Below, piece by piece: positions 34,951-45,208 of a stretch of DNA of 64,000 bases. Source of the DNA: an uncultured Candidatus Rokubacteria bacterium. Lineage in GTDB: Bacteria; Methylomirabilota; Methylomirabilia; Rokubacteriales; DASRDR01. Position 1 is the first letter of the stretch. Every line of letters begins with the position of its first letter. Location: assembly GCA_963708025.1 (NCBI GenBank), contig CAVPSB010000044.1:64001-128000 (forward strand), given 5' to 3'. The notes under the pieces were generated by a model. It saw only the letters and a list, made by a program, of their open reading frames with translations. It was not told the DNA's origin and did not search any database. A program made the translations under genes and the position numbers.

Positions 34951-36663
34951 CTACCGCCCGCGGGCCTGGTTCAGCAGCTCCATCGCGTGCTGGAGGCTCG
35001 TGTCGGTGACCGACTCGCCCCCGAGCATCCGGGCGACCTCCCGGACGCGCTCCTCCTTGCCGAGCACGCCGACCGCCGTCAGGGTCCGCTCGCCCTCCAC
35101 GCGCTTCTCGGTCCGCAGGTGGTGGTCCGCGAAGCAGGCGATCTGCGGGAGATGGGTGATGCAGAGCACCTGGCGGGTGCGGCTCACCTGCCGGAGCTTG
35201 CGGCCAACCGAATCGGCGGTCTTGCCCCCGATGCCGGCATCCACCTCGTCGAAGATCAGGATGGGCACGGCGTCGGTGGCCGCCAGGATCACCTTGAGCG
35301 CGAGCATCGTCCGGGACAGCTCCCCGCCGGAGGCGATCCGGGCCAGCGCCCGCGGCTCCTCCCCCGGGTTCGGCGAGAAGAGGAACTCGGCCTGGTCGAC
35401 GCCGCGGCCGGAGAGCCGCCAGCCCTCCGGGCCGACGGCGATCTCGCCCGCGCCGGCCGGCTCCCGGAGGAAGCGGACCCGGAACACGGGCTTCTCGATA
35501 CCCAGCTCGTTCAGCTCGGCGGTGACCAGGTTCTCGAGCTTGGTGGCGGCCTGCTCCCGCCGGGTCGAGAGGTCGGCCCCACGGGTCACCAGCTCGCCGC
35601 GGAGCTTTTCCATGCGCTCCCGGAGCTCCTGGCTGCGCTCGTCGCCACGACCGAGCTTCTCCAGCTCGAGGGCCATCTGGGTGTGCGCGGCCAGGACCGC
35701 CTCGACGGTCTCGCCGTACTTGCGCTTGAGGCGGCCGATCTCGTCCAGTCGCCGCTCGATCTCGTCGAGCCGGGGCGGATCGAAGACGATCCCGTCCCGG
35801 TACGTCCGGACGCCACGTACCGCCTCGTCGAGCTGGACCGCCACGACGTCCAGCGCCTCCACGGTCGGCCCGAGCTTCCCATCGACCTTGGCCAGCTCGC
35901 GGAGGGCGGAGATGGCCTGCCCCACGCGGGCCGCCGCCGCGCTCGGGTCCTCGTAGAGGTGCTGGTACGCCGCCGTCGCCCCCTCGGCCAGGCGCTCGGC
36001 GTTCTGCAGCCGCTTGCGCTCCTCCCGCAGCGTCTCGTCCTCTCCCGGCCGCAGGCGAGCCGCGTCGATCTCGGCGATCTGCTCCCGGTACTGGTCCAGG
36101 CGGTACGACTTGTCGCGGGACGCGGTCTCGAGCTCCGAGAGCTCCGCGGCCAGCGTCCGCCACTCCTCGTAGCGCTGCCGCAGCTTGTCCCGGAGGATGC
36201 CGAGGCCGGCGAAGGCGTCGAGCAGGTCGAGGTGACGGCTCGGGCGAAGCAGGGCCTGGGCCTCGTGCTGGCCGTGGACCTCGACCAGGGCTTCGCCGAG
36301 CTTCTCGGCCACCGCCAGGGTCGCGTTGGAGTCGTTGAGGAAGACCCGCCCACGGCCATTGCGGACCAGCTCGCGGCGCACGATGAGCTGACCCTCGTCC
36401 ACCTTGAAGCCGTGAGCGTCGAGCAGGGCGGGGATCGGACTCTTCTTCGGAAGGGCGAAGATCGCCTCGATCGTCGCGGTGTCGGCGCCGGTCCGGATGG
36501 TCTCGGCCGGCTGGGCCCGCTCGCCGAGCAGGAGCGTCAGGGCGTCGATCATGATCGACTTGCCGGCGCCCGTCTCGCCCGTCAGGATGTTCAGGCCGGG
36601 CCCGAAGGGGATGGTGACGGAATCGAAGACCGCGAGGTTCCGAATCCGCAGCTCTTTCAGCAC
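34951..36663 (-). CDS. recN: DNA repair protein RecN
   Basis: TGETGAGKS, ASGGELSR, FDEVDAG and ITHLPQIA motifs. Confidence 0.96.
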   Translation of the reverse strand: MLKELRIRNLAVFDSVTIPFGPGLNILTGETGAGKSIMIDALTLLLGERAQPAETIRTGADTATIEAIFALPKKSPIPALLDAHGFKVDEGQLIVRRELVRNGRGRVFLNDSNATLAVAEKLGEALVEVHGQHEAQALLRPSRHLDLLDAFAGLGILRDKLRQRYEEWRTLAAELSELETASRDKSYRLDQYREQIAEIDAARLRPGEDETLREERKRLQNAERLAEGATAAYQHLYEDPSAAAARVGQAISALRELAKVDGKLGPTVEALDVVAVQLDEAVRGVRTYRDGIVFDPPRLDEIERRLDEIGRLKRKYGETVEAVLAAHTQMALELEKLGRGDERSQELRERMEKLRGELVTRGADLSTRREQAATKLENLVTAELNELGIEKPVFRVRFLREPAGAGEIAVGPEGWRLSGRGVDQAEFLFSPNPGEEPRALARIASGGELSRTMLALKVILAATDAVPILIFDEVDAGIGGKTADSVGRKLRQVSRTRQVLCITHLPQIACFADHHLRTEKRVEGERTLTAVGVLGKEERVREVARMLGGESVTDTSLQHAMELLNQARGR

Positions 36664-36694
36664 CGTCTGTTCCTCCCGCGATCCGGCGAACCCC

Positions 36695-37553
36695 TCAACG
36701 TTCGCCCCATTTTAGCTTGGTGCGCAGGACCTGGAAGTAAGATTTGTTCGGGTCCCGGATGAGACGGATCCGGGACGTCCGCCCGCCGGGCCCGTACCGT
36801 GTCCTTCGCCGTCAACGGAAGCCCCGGCTGCCCGTCGAGCCAGAGCGTCACGTCCGGCATGTCGGTCCGGAGCCGCACCTCGAGCCGGGCCGTGCCCGGC
36901 AGGACGATCGGCCGGTTGGTGAGGGCGTGCGACGAGATCGGCGTGAGGACGACGGCGTCCATCGTCGGAAAGAGGATCGGGCCCGCCGCCGACAGGTTGT
37001 AGGCCGTGGAGCCGGTCGGGGTCGCGATGATCAGGCCGTCAGCGCGGTAGGCGGTCACCATCTGACCATCGACCGAGACCTCCAGGTCGATCAGGCGGCC
37101 GACGGACCCCTTGGCGATCACGACGTCGTTGAGCGCCTGGTACTCGGCGAGGACGTCGTCTCCCCGGGCGAGCGCGGCGGCGAGGACCATCCGCTCCTCC
37201 GCCGTGTACTCCCCCCGGAGCACCGTCTCCAGCGTGGGGTAGAGCGCTTCGAGGGTCGTCGCGGTGAGGAAGCCCAGCCCGCCCAGGTTCACGCCGAGGA
37301 TCGGGACGTCGAGGCCGTCCACCAGGCGCGCCACCGACAGCAGGGTGCCATCCCCGCCGAGGACGACGATGAGGTCGACCTGGCCGGGGACCTCGCTCCG
37401 CTCGACCACACTGGCGCCCTCAGGCAGGAGCCCGCCCGTCTGGCGGTCGACGACGACCCGGCGGCCGCGGGCGGTGAGCCACCCGGTCAGCTCGCACACG
37501 ACCGCCCGGGCGTCCGGGCGATCCACGCGGGCGATCACGCCGATGCGCTGCAA
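36695..37553 (-). CDS. nadK: NAD kinase, with an apparent +1 insertion at about 36773
   Basis: GGDGT, GLGFL, ND and TPTGSTAY motifs. Removing one C restores IRLIRDPNKSYFQVLRTKLKWGER*, with the stop at 36695. Confidence 0.93.
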
Positions 37554-37564
37554 CGCTCCGGTCC

Positions 37565-38407
37565 TCAGCGGCTCTCACCCGTCGCCGCCAGCACGGCGGC
37601 CTCGAGCGGCTCCCGCTCGATCGGCGCCCGGCCGGGCTGGCAGTGGAGAAAGAACTCGCGGTTGCCCTTCGGGCCCCTGAGGGGCGAGGCCACGACGCCG
37701 CGCGGCCCGAGCCCGTGGGCGGCGGCGAAGCCGGCGAGGCGGAGGAGCACCTCCCGGTGCCGCTCGGCATCCCGCACCACCCCGCCCTTCCCCACCTGGC
37801 CCCGGCCGACCTCGAACTGGGGCTTGACCAGGGCGACGAGATCGGGCGGCGTTCCAGCGGCGGGCGGTGTCAGGCAGGCGGCCACGGCCGGAAGCACCTT
37901 CTCGAGGGAGATGAACGAGACGTCGATGGTCGCAAGGCTCACCGGCTCGACGAAGGCGGTCGGCGCCAGGTCCCGGGCATGGCAGCCCTCGAGCACCGTG
38001 ACCCGAGGGTCGGACCGGAGCCGCGGGTGAAGCTGGCCGTGCCCCACGTCCACCGCGTAGACATGCCGGGCCCCGTGCTGGAGCAGGCAGTCGGTGAAGC
38101 CGCCGGTCGAGGCGCCGACGTCCAGGCAGACCCGATCGCGCGGAGAGACGGCCTGGGCCGCCAGCGCGGCCTCGAGCTTCTCCCCACCGCGGCCGACGTA
38201 GCGGCGGCCGGCCTCGATCTCGACGGCGGCGTCGGCCCGGACCGGGCGCCCGGCCTTGTCGGCCCGCTCCCCCCCGAGCCGGACCCGCCCGGCCAGGATG
38301 AGCCGGGCCGCCTCCGCGCGGGTCGCCGCGAGGCCCCGGGCGACCACCAATTCGTCCAGCCGCACCCTCGGCGACTTCGAGGTAGACGCGGCGTGATTCC
38401 CGCTCAC
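37565..38407 (-). CDS. tlyA: TlyA rRNA 2'-O-methyltransferase
   Basis: S4 domain, DVGASTGGFTD, DVSFISL, KPQFE and GPKGNREF motifs. Confidence 0.95.
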   Translation of the reverse strand: MSGNHAASTSKSPRVRLDELVVARGLAATRAEAARLILAGRVRLGGERADKAGRPVRADAAVEIEAGRRYVGRGGEKLEAALAAQAVSPRDRVCLDVGASTGGFTDCLLQHGARHVYAVDVGHGQLHPRLRSDPRVTVLEGCHARDLAPTAFVEPVSLATIDVSFISLEKVLPAVAACLTPPAAGTPPDLVALVKPQFEVGRGQVGKGGVVRDAERHREVLLRLAGFAAAHGLGPRGVVASPLRGPKGNREFFLHCQPGRAPIEREPLEAAVLAATGESR

Positions 38408-38429
38408 CGGTGCCGGTCTCCGGTGTCCT

Positions 38430-38666
38430 CGTCCCGGGCCGCGGCCCGGGCCCCGCCCGTAGGCCGAAGGCCGTCCGAAGGACGCTGCGACGAGGCGGGC
38501 CGAGGCGTGGGCCGCGATCGACCACCTGCTCGCGACGTCTCGGGGCAGCGGCCCTCGCGACGTCGCTCACCTGTGGGAGACCCGCCGACGGCCCCACAGG
38601 CCGGGACGTCCGCGGCCCGGCCGAGATGAACGGACGACGCGGGGCGACGGGCCCCGGCCCGGGACG
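38430..38666. repeat. Large multi-stem palindromic element (A-like architecture)
   Basis: CGTCCCGGGCCG / CGGCCCGGGACG ends, 3 nt from a stop codon; contains the 20-nt module core. Confidence 0.7.
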
Positions 38667-38669
38667 CGC

Positions 38670-41168
38670 TCAACGGCGCCAGCTCTCGATCAGCCCCTTG
38701 TACCGATCGGCCAGCTCCTGGGCGCGGGCCCGCGTGCTCGCCTCGGCGATGACGTGGAACAGCGCCCGGTCGGGGTCCGGGATGGCGGCCACCCAGTCGT
38801 CCCCCAGGCGGACCCGGACCCCCTCGACCAGCTCGATGACCTCGTCCCGGGTCAGCTCCAGCAGGCGGCGCATGACCGTGCCCTTCCGCTCGTGGGGGCA
38901 CGGCACGTGGTCGCGGATCAGGTGGCTGGCCGGCACCGAGCGGGCCAGCGCGTGGAGCCGCACCTCGGTCCGGGCCATCATGTCGAGGAGCTTCACGGTG
39001 GCCAGCATGCCGTCGAACGCCGGCTGGAAGGCCGGGAAGATGCAGCCCCCGCGCTCCTCCCCGACGAAGACCATCCCCTTCTGCGCCGCCTGCTCCATCA
39101 GGGCCCGGGGGCTGGCCCGGGTGTGGAGGAGGCTGAATCCGTGGGCGGCGGTGAGCTGGTCGATGGCGCGCGAGGAGGTGACCGGGACGGCGATGGTGCC
39201 GCGCTCGTGGGTCTGCATGGTGAGCAGCACGACCAGGGCCAGCGAGAGATCGCCCGAGAGGACCTCGCCCTTGTCGTCCACGAGGAAGAGCTTCTCGGCG
39301 CCGGTGTCGAGCAGGATCCCCAGGTCGGCGGCGAGGGTCCGCACGATGTTGGAGAGCTGCTCGAGCGAGCGCCGGAACTCCTCGGCGGTCTTCGAGATGC
39401 GCGCCTCGTCCAGGTAAGCGTTGAGCGAGATGACGTCCACGCCCAGCTCGCCGAGCACCGAGGGGAAGATCGCCGAGGCGGCCCCGAAGGCATAGTCGAG
39501 GACGACCCGGAACCGGGCGCGGCGGATGGCCTCCCGGTCGACGAAGCGGAGGAGGCCGTCGCGGTAGCGCTCGGTGCCCTGGTGGGGAAAGGACAGCGTG
39601 CCGACCTCGGCCATCGGAGCCCGCTGGAAGTCCTCGCGGAAGAACAGCCGCTCGACCGACTTCTCGCGATCGGGGGCGAAGTCCATGCCGCGCTGGTCCA
39701 TCACCTTGATGTCCAGCAGCTCCGGGTCGTAGGGCGATTTCCGGACGTGGGTGCCGGCGGCCAGTCCCAGGGCCGGGATCTGATAGCGCACGACCGGGAT
39801 GGGCGCCACGCCCAGGTCCTGCACCTCGACGCCGACCGAGAGGAGGCCGGACATGAGGGCGCGGTTGATCATCCGCGACGCCTTGTGGTGGTCGCGGCTG
39901 GTGATGACGATCCGGCGACGCCCCAGGGAGGCGCCGACGGCGGCGCCGACCTTGGAGGCCAGCTCGGGCGAGATCTCGTGCCCGGCGAGGCCGGTGATGC
40001 CGTAGCGGCCGAAGAGGTTCTTGGTCCAGCGCTCGCCCCAGACCAGGCTCACCGCCAGCGTCGCCCCGTCCTCGACCTCCTTGGACGGCCACACCTTCAC
40101 GTTGGCGCGGATGACCGCCTCCGCCCCGATCTTGCAGAAGTCGCTGATGACGGCGCCTTCCTGGATGGTGGCGTGAGCGCGGATCACCGCCCGGCGGCCC
40201 ACCACGCACTCCTTCAGGACCGCGCGCGGCCCGACCTCGGCGCCCTCCCAGAGGACGCAGCCGTCGAGCACCGCTCCCTCCCCGATCACGCAGTCGGGGC
40301 CGATCACGGAGTAGGCGAGACGGGCGTTCGGCTCGATGCGCGCCCCCCGACCGACGATCACCGCGCCGGTCAGGTGGGCCGTGAAATCGGCCCGGGCGCC
40401 GTCGTCGAGCCAGACGTCCCGGTCGAGGCCTTCCACCTTCCGGCCGGGCGGGGTGAGACGCACGCGACCCTGGAGGAGGTCGAGGTGGGCCAGGCGGTAC
40501 TCCACCAGGTCGCCGACATCGCGCCAGTACCCGTCGGCGATGTGCCCCGCCACCACCCGCCCGTCCCGGAGGAGCGCGGGGTAGAGGTCCTTGCCGAAGT
40601 CGTACTCCCGCCCGGCCGGGATCGCGGCGAACACCGACGGCTCCAGGAGGTAGATGCCGGTGTTGATGGTGTCGCTGAAGACCTCACCCCAGCTCGGCTT
40701 CTCCAGGAAGCGGGTGATCCGCCCGGCCTGGTCGGTGATCACGATGCCGTAGGCCAGCGGGTTCTCGACCCGCGTCAGCACCATGGTGGCCTCGGCCTTG
40801 GCCGCCGCGTGGAAGGCGACGGCGGCGCCGAGGTCGAAGTCGGTCACGATGTCCCCGGAGATGACGAGGATCGGTTCCCCGAACGATTCGGCGGCAAACT
40901 TCACGGCGCCGGCGGTGCCGAGGTCGGCGGCGGGCGTCACGTACGAGATGCGAACGCCCCAGCGGCTGCCGTCCCCGAAGTGCTCGGTGATCGCCTCCGG
41001 CAGGAAGTAGAGCAGCATGACGATGTCGTCGAAGCCGTGGGCCCGGAGCAGCTCGACGGTGTGCTCCACGATGGGCTTGTTCCCGAGGGGGACCATCGGC
41101 TTCGGCACGTTGGCGGTCAAGGGCCGAAGTCGCGTCCCGAATCCGCCGGCCATGATCACGGCTTTCAC
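38670..41168 (-). CDS. Mannose-1-phosphate guanylyltransferase / LbH / phosphomannomutase-like fusion
   Basis: MAGGFGTRLRPLT, FLEKP, hexapeptide repeats and a C-terminal PMM-like domain. Confidence 0.88.
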   Translation of the reverse strand: MKAVIMAGGFGTRLRPLTANVPKPMVPLGNKPIVEHTVELLRAHGFDDIVMLLYFLPEAITEHFGDGSRWGVRISYVTPAADLGTAGAVKFAAESFGEPILVISGDIVTDFDLGAAVAFHAAAKAEATMVLTRVENPLAYGIVITDQAGRITRFLEKPSWGEVFSDTINTGIYLLEPSVFAAIPAGREYDFGKDLYPALLRDGRVVAGHIADGYWRDVGDLVEYRLAHLDLLQGRVRLTPPGRKVEGLDRDVWLDDGARADFTAHLTGAVIVGRGARIEPNARLAYSVIGPDCVIGEGAVLDGCVLWEGAEVGPRAVLKECVVGRRAVIRAHATIQEGAVISDFCKIGAEAVIRANVKVWPSKEVEDGATLAVSLVWGERWTKNLFGRYGITGLAGHEISPELASKVGAAVGASLGRRRIVITSRDHHKASRMINRALMSGLLSVGVEVQDLGVAPIPVVRYQIPALGLAAGTHVRKSPYDPELLDIKVMDQRGMDFAPDREKSVERLFFREDFQRAPMAEVGTLSFPHQGTERYRDGLLRFVDREAIRRARFRVVLDYAFGAASAIFPSVLGELGVDVISLNAYLDEARISKTAEEFRRSLEQLSNIVRTLAADLGILLDTGAEKLFLVDDKGEVLSGDLSLALVVLLTMQTHERGTIAVPVTSSRAIDQLTAAHGFSLLHTRASPRALMEQAAQKGMVFVGEERGGCIFPAFQPAFDGMLATVKLLDMMARTEVRLHALARSVPASHLIRDHVPCPHERKGTVMRRLLELTRDEVIELVEGVRVRLGDDWVAAIPDPDRALFHVIAEASTRARAQELADRYKGLIESWRR

Positions 41169-41201
41169 GGCGTGGTCACCGTGCAGGATTATAGCCCGGG
41201 A

Positions 41202-41966
41202 TCACCCCGGATAGCGCCGGTAAGCGACGCGGTCCGGCCGGCGAAAGAGGAAGAGGAGGGCCATGCCGGCCACGAAGCCGCCCACGTGGGCGAGGAAGGC
41301 GATGCCCCCCGCCTCGCCTCGACCCAGGGCGCCGCTGCCGAAGGTGAAGAGCCCGTTGATGACCTGGAGCACGACCCAGAAGCCGAGCACGACGAGGGCC
41401 GGGATGGGCACCAGCCGCACGAAGAAGCCGAAGATGACCAGGGTCCACACCCGGGCGTTCGGGTACAGGAGGAGGTAAGCGCCGAGCGCGCCCGAGACCG
41501 CCCCGCTGGCGCCCACCATGGGGACGGTCGCGCGGGGGTCGCTCAGGTACTGGGCGAAGGCGGCCGCCACCCCGCACAGGAGGTAGAAGACGAGGAAGCG
41601 GACCTTGCCCATCGCGTCCTCGACGTTGTCGCCAAAGATCCAGAGGTAGAGCATGTTGCCGCCCACGTGGAAGAGGCCGCCGTGGAGGAACATGGACGTG
41701 AAGATCGTGAGCCAGGGTGGCGGCGCCGTGGCTAGCGCGGTGCCCAGGCTGGCGGGGCAGACGTCCCCCAGCCGGCACGGGATGAGCCCGAACTCGTAGA
41801 TGAACGCCTGGTAGGCGCGCTCGGCGGTGGCGGCGGTCTCTGGGCTGGCCGCCCCCGGGAAGCCGAGCACGAACTCGTAGAGGTAGACGAGAACGTTGGC
41901 GACGATCAGCCCGATGGTGACGAGAGGGAACGACTGGACCGGCGCGTCGTCCTTCAGCGGGAACAC
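41202..41966 (-). CDS. Rhomboid intramembrane serine protease
   Basis: HGGLFHVGGN, GASG and AHVGGF motifs. Confidence 0.92.
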   Translation of the reverse strand: MFPLKDDAPVQSFPLVTIGLIVANVLVYLYEFVLGFPGAASPETAATAERAYQAFIYEFGLIPCRLGDVCPASLGTALATAPPPWLTIFTSMFLHGGLFHVGGNMLYLWIFGDNVEDAMGKVRFLVFYLLCGVAAAFAQYLSDPRATVPMVGASGAVSGALGAYLLLYPNARVWTLVIFGFFVRLVPIPALVVLGFWVVLQVINGLFTFGSGALGRGEAGGIAFLAHVGGFVAGMALLFLFRRPDRVAYRRYPG

Positions 41967-41990
41967 GTCGGGCTCCCGGTCGGGCCGGTT

Positions 41991-43250
41991 CTAGTCCGGG
42001 CCGACGACGACGACGGTGGGCTCTGTCAGGTAGCGCCGAGCGACGTGCTGGACGTCCGCGCTCGTGACCGCCAGGAGGCGGTCGCGGTAGCCCTGGACGT
42101 ACTGGTAACCGACGCCCATCAGCTCGAAGAAGCCGAGGTAGAAGCTCTGGCGCTCGTTCGTCCGGAGATCCAGGTCGAACGACCCGGCCAGGAACGCCTT
42201 GCCGCGAGCCAGCTCCTCGGCGGGGACCGGCTCATCCCGCAGCCGGGCGAGCTCGCGCATCATTCCTTCCTCGGCCGGCTCCCGGTTGGTCGGAGCCGTC
42301 CCGATGTAGACCACGACCCGGCTCGCCTCCCGGCGGGTCGGGTAGAACGAGCCGACGGCGTAGGCCAGCCCCGCCTCGTCGCGCAACGTGCGAAAGAGGC
42401 GGCCCGACATCCCGCCCCCCAGGATCGCGTTGGCGAGCTTGAGGGGCAGATGATCGGGATGGTCGATCGGCGGCGCCAGGAACCCGACCAGGACCTGGGT
42501 CTGGTGGATGGGCCGGGTCTCGGCGAGCCTTGGCGTCGCCGGGCGCGCGGGTGGCGGCGGGAGCGCCGGCGCGGCGCCGCGTCGGGGCAGGTCGCCGAAG
42601 ACGCGGGCCACCTCGTCGAGAACGTCGGCGGCGGCCACCTGCCCCGAGATCGCGAGGACCATGCGCTCGGGATCCGTGGAGGCCTCGAAGTGCCGCACCA
42701 AGTCGTCGCGCGAGAGGCGACGGACGGTGTCGGGCGAGCCGGGCACCGGCAACCCGTAGGGATGCTCGCCGAAGAGGGCCCGGCTCAGGAGCCGGTTGGC
42801 AACCTGGAAGGGCTGGTCCTCGAGTCCCCGGATCTGGGCCAGCAGGGTCTCCCGCTCCCGCTCGATCTCGTCGGGCGCGAACGCCGGCGCCGTCGCGACG
42901 TCGTGGAGCAGGTCGAGCAGCGTCCGCCAGTGCCGGGCCAGGCCGCGCGTCCGCAGCTCCGAGTACTCCTGGTCGGTCGCGCTCTCCAGCGCGCCGCCGG
43001 CGTCCTCGGCGGCCTGGGCGAGCGCCAGGGCCGGGCGCGAGTGCGTGCCCTTGATGAGGACTCGGCCCAGGAGCGTGCTGACCCCGCTCGTGGCGGCCGA
43101 CTCGTCGCGCGAGCCCGCGCCGAGGAACAGGGTCAGGGCGGCGACCGGCGCTGCGCGGTTCTCACGGACGACCACGGTCAAGCCGTTGGGGAGCCGCGCA
43201 CGCGCGACCCCTGCCGGCGCGGGAGCGACGGTCGCGCCGAGGTGCCGATC
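41991..43250 (-). CDS. M16 peptidase, non-catalytic subunit or C-terminal half
   Basis: RLPNGLTVV and LRDEAGLAY motifs, no HXXEH; start unresolved (see findings). Confidence 0.85.
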   Translation of the reverse strand, partial: DRHLGATVAPAPAGVARARLPNGLTVVVRENRAAPVAALTLFLGAGSRDESAATSGVSTLLGRVLIKGTHSRPALALAQAAEDAGGALESATDQEYSELRTRGLARHWRTLLDLLHDVATAPAFAPDEIERERETLLAQIRGLEDQPFQVANRLLSRALFGEHPYGLPVPGSPDTVRRLSRDDLVRHFEASTDPERMVLAISGQVAAADVLDEVARVFGDLPRRGAAPALPPPPARPATPRLAETRPIHQTQVLVGFLAPPIDHPDHLPLKLANAILGGGMSGRLFRTLRDEAGLAYAVGSFYPTRREASRVVVYIGTAPTNREPAEEGMMRELARLRDEPVPAEELARGKAFLAGSFDLDLRTNERQSFYLGFFELMGVGYQYVQGYRDRLLAVTSADVQHVARRYLTEPTVVVVGPD

Positions 43251-44544
43251 ATGGGGGCCCGTCCGGCGTCAGGACGGCGACCGTGAAGCGATCGGGCACG
43301 AGGTAGCGCTCGGCCACCTCCTGGATCCGCTCCCGGGTGACCTTCCGGATCTCGTCGAGGTAGCGGAGCTCGAACTCCAGGGTCCACACCGATTCCGCCA
43401 GCCCGTACGAGTACGCCACCCCTTCGGCGGTCTCGTGACCGAAGGCATAGCCCGCTTCCACCGCGGTGAGGGCCCGGGCCAGCTCCGCCTCGCTGACCGG
43501 GGCGCGGCGGACACGCTCCAGCTCCTCGAGGAGAGCCCCCTCGACCTCGCGCGCCCGCCCGGCGTCGGTCCGCGCGGTCACCGCGATGGTGCCCGCCTCG
43601 CGCTGGGCCCAGTAGCTGGCGCCGATGGTCGAGACCAGGCCCCGTTGCTCCTTCAGCGCCTGGTAGAGGCGCGAGGTCCGGCCCCGGCCCAGGATCGACG
43701 CCAAGAGGTCCGCGGCGTACATGTCGGGGCCCGGCGCCGCCGGACCGCGCCACGCGACCCCGACGTAGGCCTGCTGGAGGGGCCGCGGCTCCTCGACGCG
43801 CTCGACGACGGCCAGGTCGGGAGGCACGGCGCGCGGCCTTGGCGCGAGCCGGCTCGGCGTCCAGCCCCCGAACGCCTCGCGGACCTGCGCCAGTGTCCGG
43901 GCGGGGTCCAGGTTGCCGATGACGACGACCGTCGCGTTGCCCGGGGCGTAGTGGCGCCGGTAGTAGTCGAGGATGCGCTCGCGGGGCGCCTCGCCGATCG
44001 ACTCCGGAGTCCCTAGCACGTCCTTGGCGTACGGGTGGCCGGCGAAGTGGTGGCGGGTCAGGACCCGCCAGAGATACCCGCTCGGATTGTCCCGCGAGCG
44101 CCGGATCTCCTCCAGCACGACGAGCCGCTCGCGCTCGAGCTCGCCGGCGTCGAAGGCGGCGTGCCTGGCGGCGTCGGCGACCACGTCGAGGGCGGTGTCG
44201 AGATGCCGGGCCGGCAGCACCACGTGGTAGTAGGTGAAGTCCTGCGAGGTGGCGGCGTTCATCTCGCCGCCGAGGGCAGAGATCGTCCGGTCGATCTCCC
44301 CCGGCACCCGGGTGGGGGTGCCCTTGAAGAGGAGGTGCTCGATGAAGTGTGACAGCCCGGCCTCGTCCTCGGCCTCGTCCCGGGCGCCGACCCCGAACCA
44401 GAGCTGAACGGCGGCGACGTCGGCCGCCGGGTGCTCGCGGAAGATGACGGTCAGGTCGTTGTCGAGCCGGGTCCGCTGGGGCACCGGGGCATCGGCGGCC
44501 GTGGCCACGGCCATAGCCGCGCCCGAGGCGAGAAGATTGGACAA
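43249..44544 (-). CDS. M16 zinc peptidase, catalytic part
   Basis: GLSHFIEHLLFKGT, NAATS and ERLVVLEE motifs. Confidence 0.92.
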   Translation of the reverse strand: MSNLLASGAAMAVATAADAPVPQRTRLDNDLTVIFREHPAADVAAVQLWFGVGARDEAEDEAGLSHFIEHLLFKGTPTRVPGEIDRTISALGGEMNAATSQDFTYYHVVLPARHLDTALDVVADAARHAAFDAGELERERLVVLEEIRRSRDNPSGYLWRVLTRHHFAGHPYAKDVLGTPESIGEAPRERILDYYRRHYAPGNATVVVIGNLDPARTLAQVREAFGGWTPSRLAPRPRAVPPDLAVVERVEEPRPLQQAYVGVAWRGPAAPGPDMYAADLLASILGRGRTSRLYQALKEQRGLVSTIGASYWAQREAGTIAVTARTDAGRAREVEGALLEELERVRRAPVSEAELARALTAVEAGYAFGHETAEGVAYSYGLAESVWTLEFELRYLDEIRKVTRERIQEVAERYLVPDRFTVAVLTPDGPP

Positions 44545-44722
44545 CGCCGTGTGGGCTCCCGTGATGGTGTGAGACCGCTGCGGGCCTGCTCCCGCTCGCT
44601 ACCGCGCCGACACGACCAGCCTAGCAGACGCCTCCGGGGCCCGCAAGACAGCGCCTTTCCTGTGCCTTTCCTGCCCACTCCGCGCCCGAGCCGAAGTGCC
44701 CGCGATCCCTCTCCGGCCGATT

Positions 44723-44847
44723 GGCTTCTCGCAGCGTGCTTCTGCCGGCCTCGCGGCTATGGTGTTCCGCTCCGCGCCGCGGCTTCGCCGCGGCCTCTGA
44801 GGGGGGGGGGGAATCGGGGGGGTCTTCCGAGACCCCCCCGAAAGGTT
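44723..44847. repeat. Family B element, copy 3
   Basis: Same blocks as copy 1; abuts the HIT gene stop. Confidence 0.85.
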
Positions 44848-45198
44848 CTAGCGGCGCTCGACCCGCCGCTCCTGCAGGCGGCCCGCCATGAAGTGCAGGT
44901 GGAGGTGGTGGACGTGCTGGCCGCCCTCGGGCCCGCAGTTGATCGCCAGCCGGTAGCCTCGCTCGGCAAAGCCCAGCGCCTCGCCCAGGTGCTTGGCCGT
45001 CAGGACGAGCCGCGCCACGACGTCGGCGTCGGCAGGGGTGAGGGTCATGACCGACTCGACGTGGCGCTTCGGGATGACGAGGAGGTGAACCGGCGCCTTG
45101 GGGTAGATGTCCCGGAAGGCGAGGACCTGGTCGTCCTCGTACTCGATGTCGGCGGGCGCCTGGCGCGCGACGATCTGGCAGAAGAGGCAGGTCGCCAC
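44848..45198 (-). CDS. HIT-family nucleotide-binding protein
   Basis: CLFC, HLLVIPKRH and HLHLH motifs; GTG start at 45198. Confidence 0.92.
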   Translation of the reverse strand: MATCLFCQIVARQAPADIEYEDDQVLAFRDIYPKAPVHLLVIPKRHVESVMTLTPADADVVARLVLTAKHLGEALGFAERGYRLAINCGPEGGQHVHHLHLHFMAGRLQERRVERR

Positions 45199-45208
45199 GC
45201 CCTCGGCC

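Noticed and set aside
38670-40020. PMM-like domain lacking the SHNP phosphoserine motif
   Set aside because: As I recall, this is normal for this guanylyltransferase-PMM fusion family.
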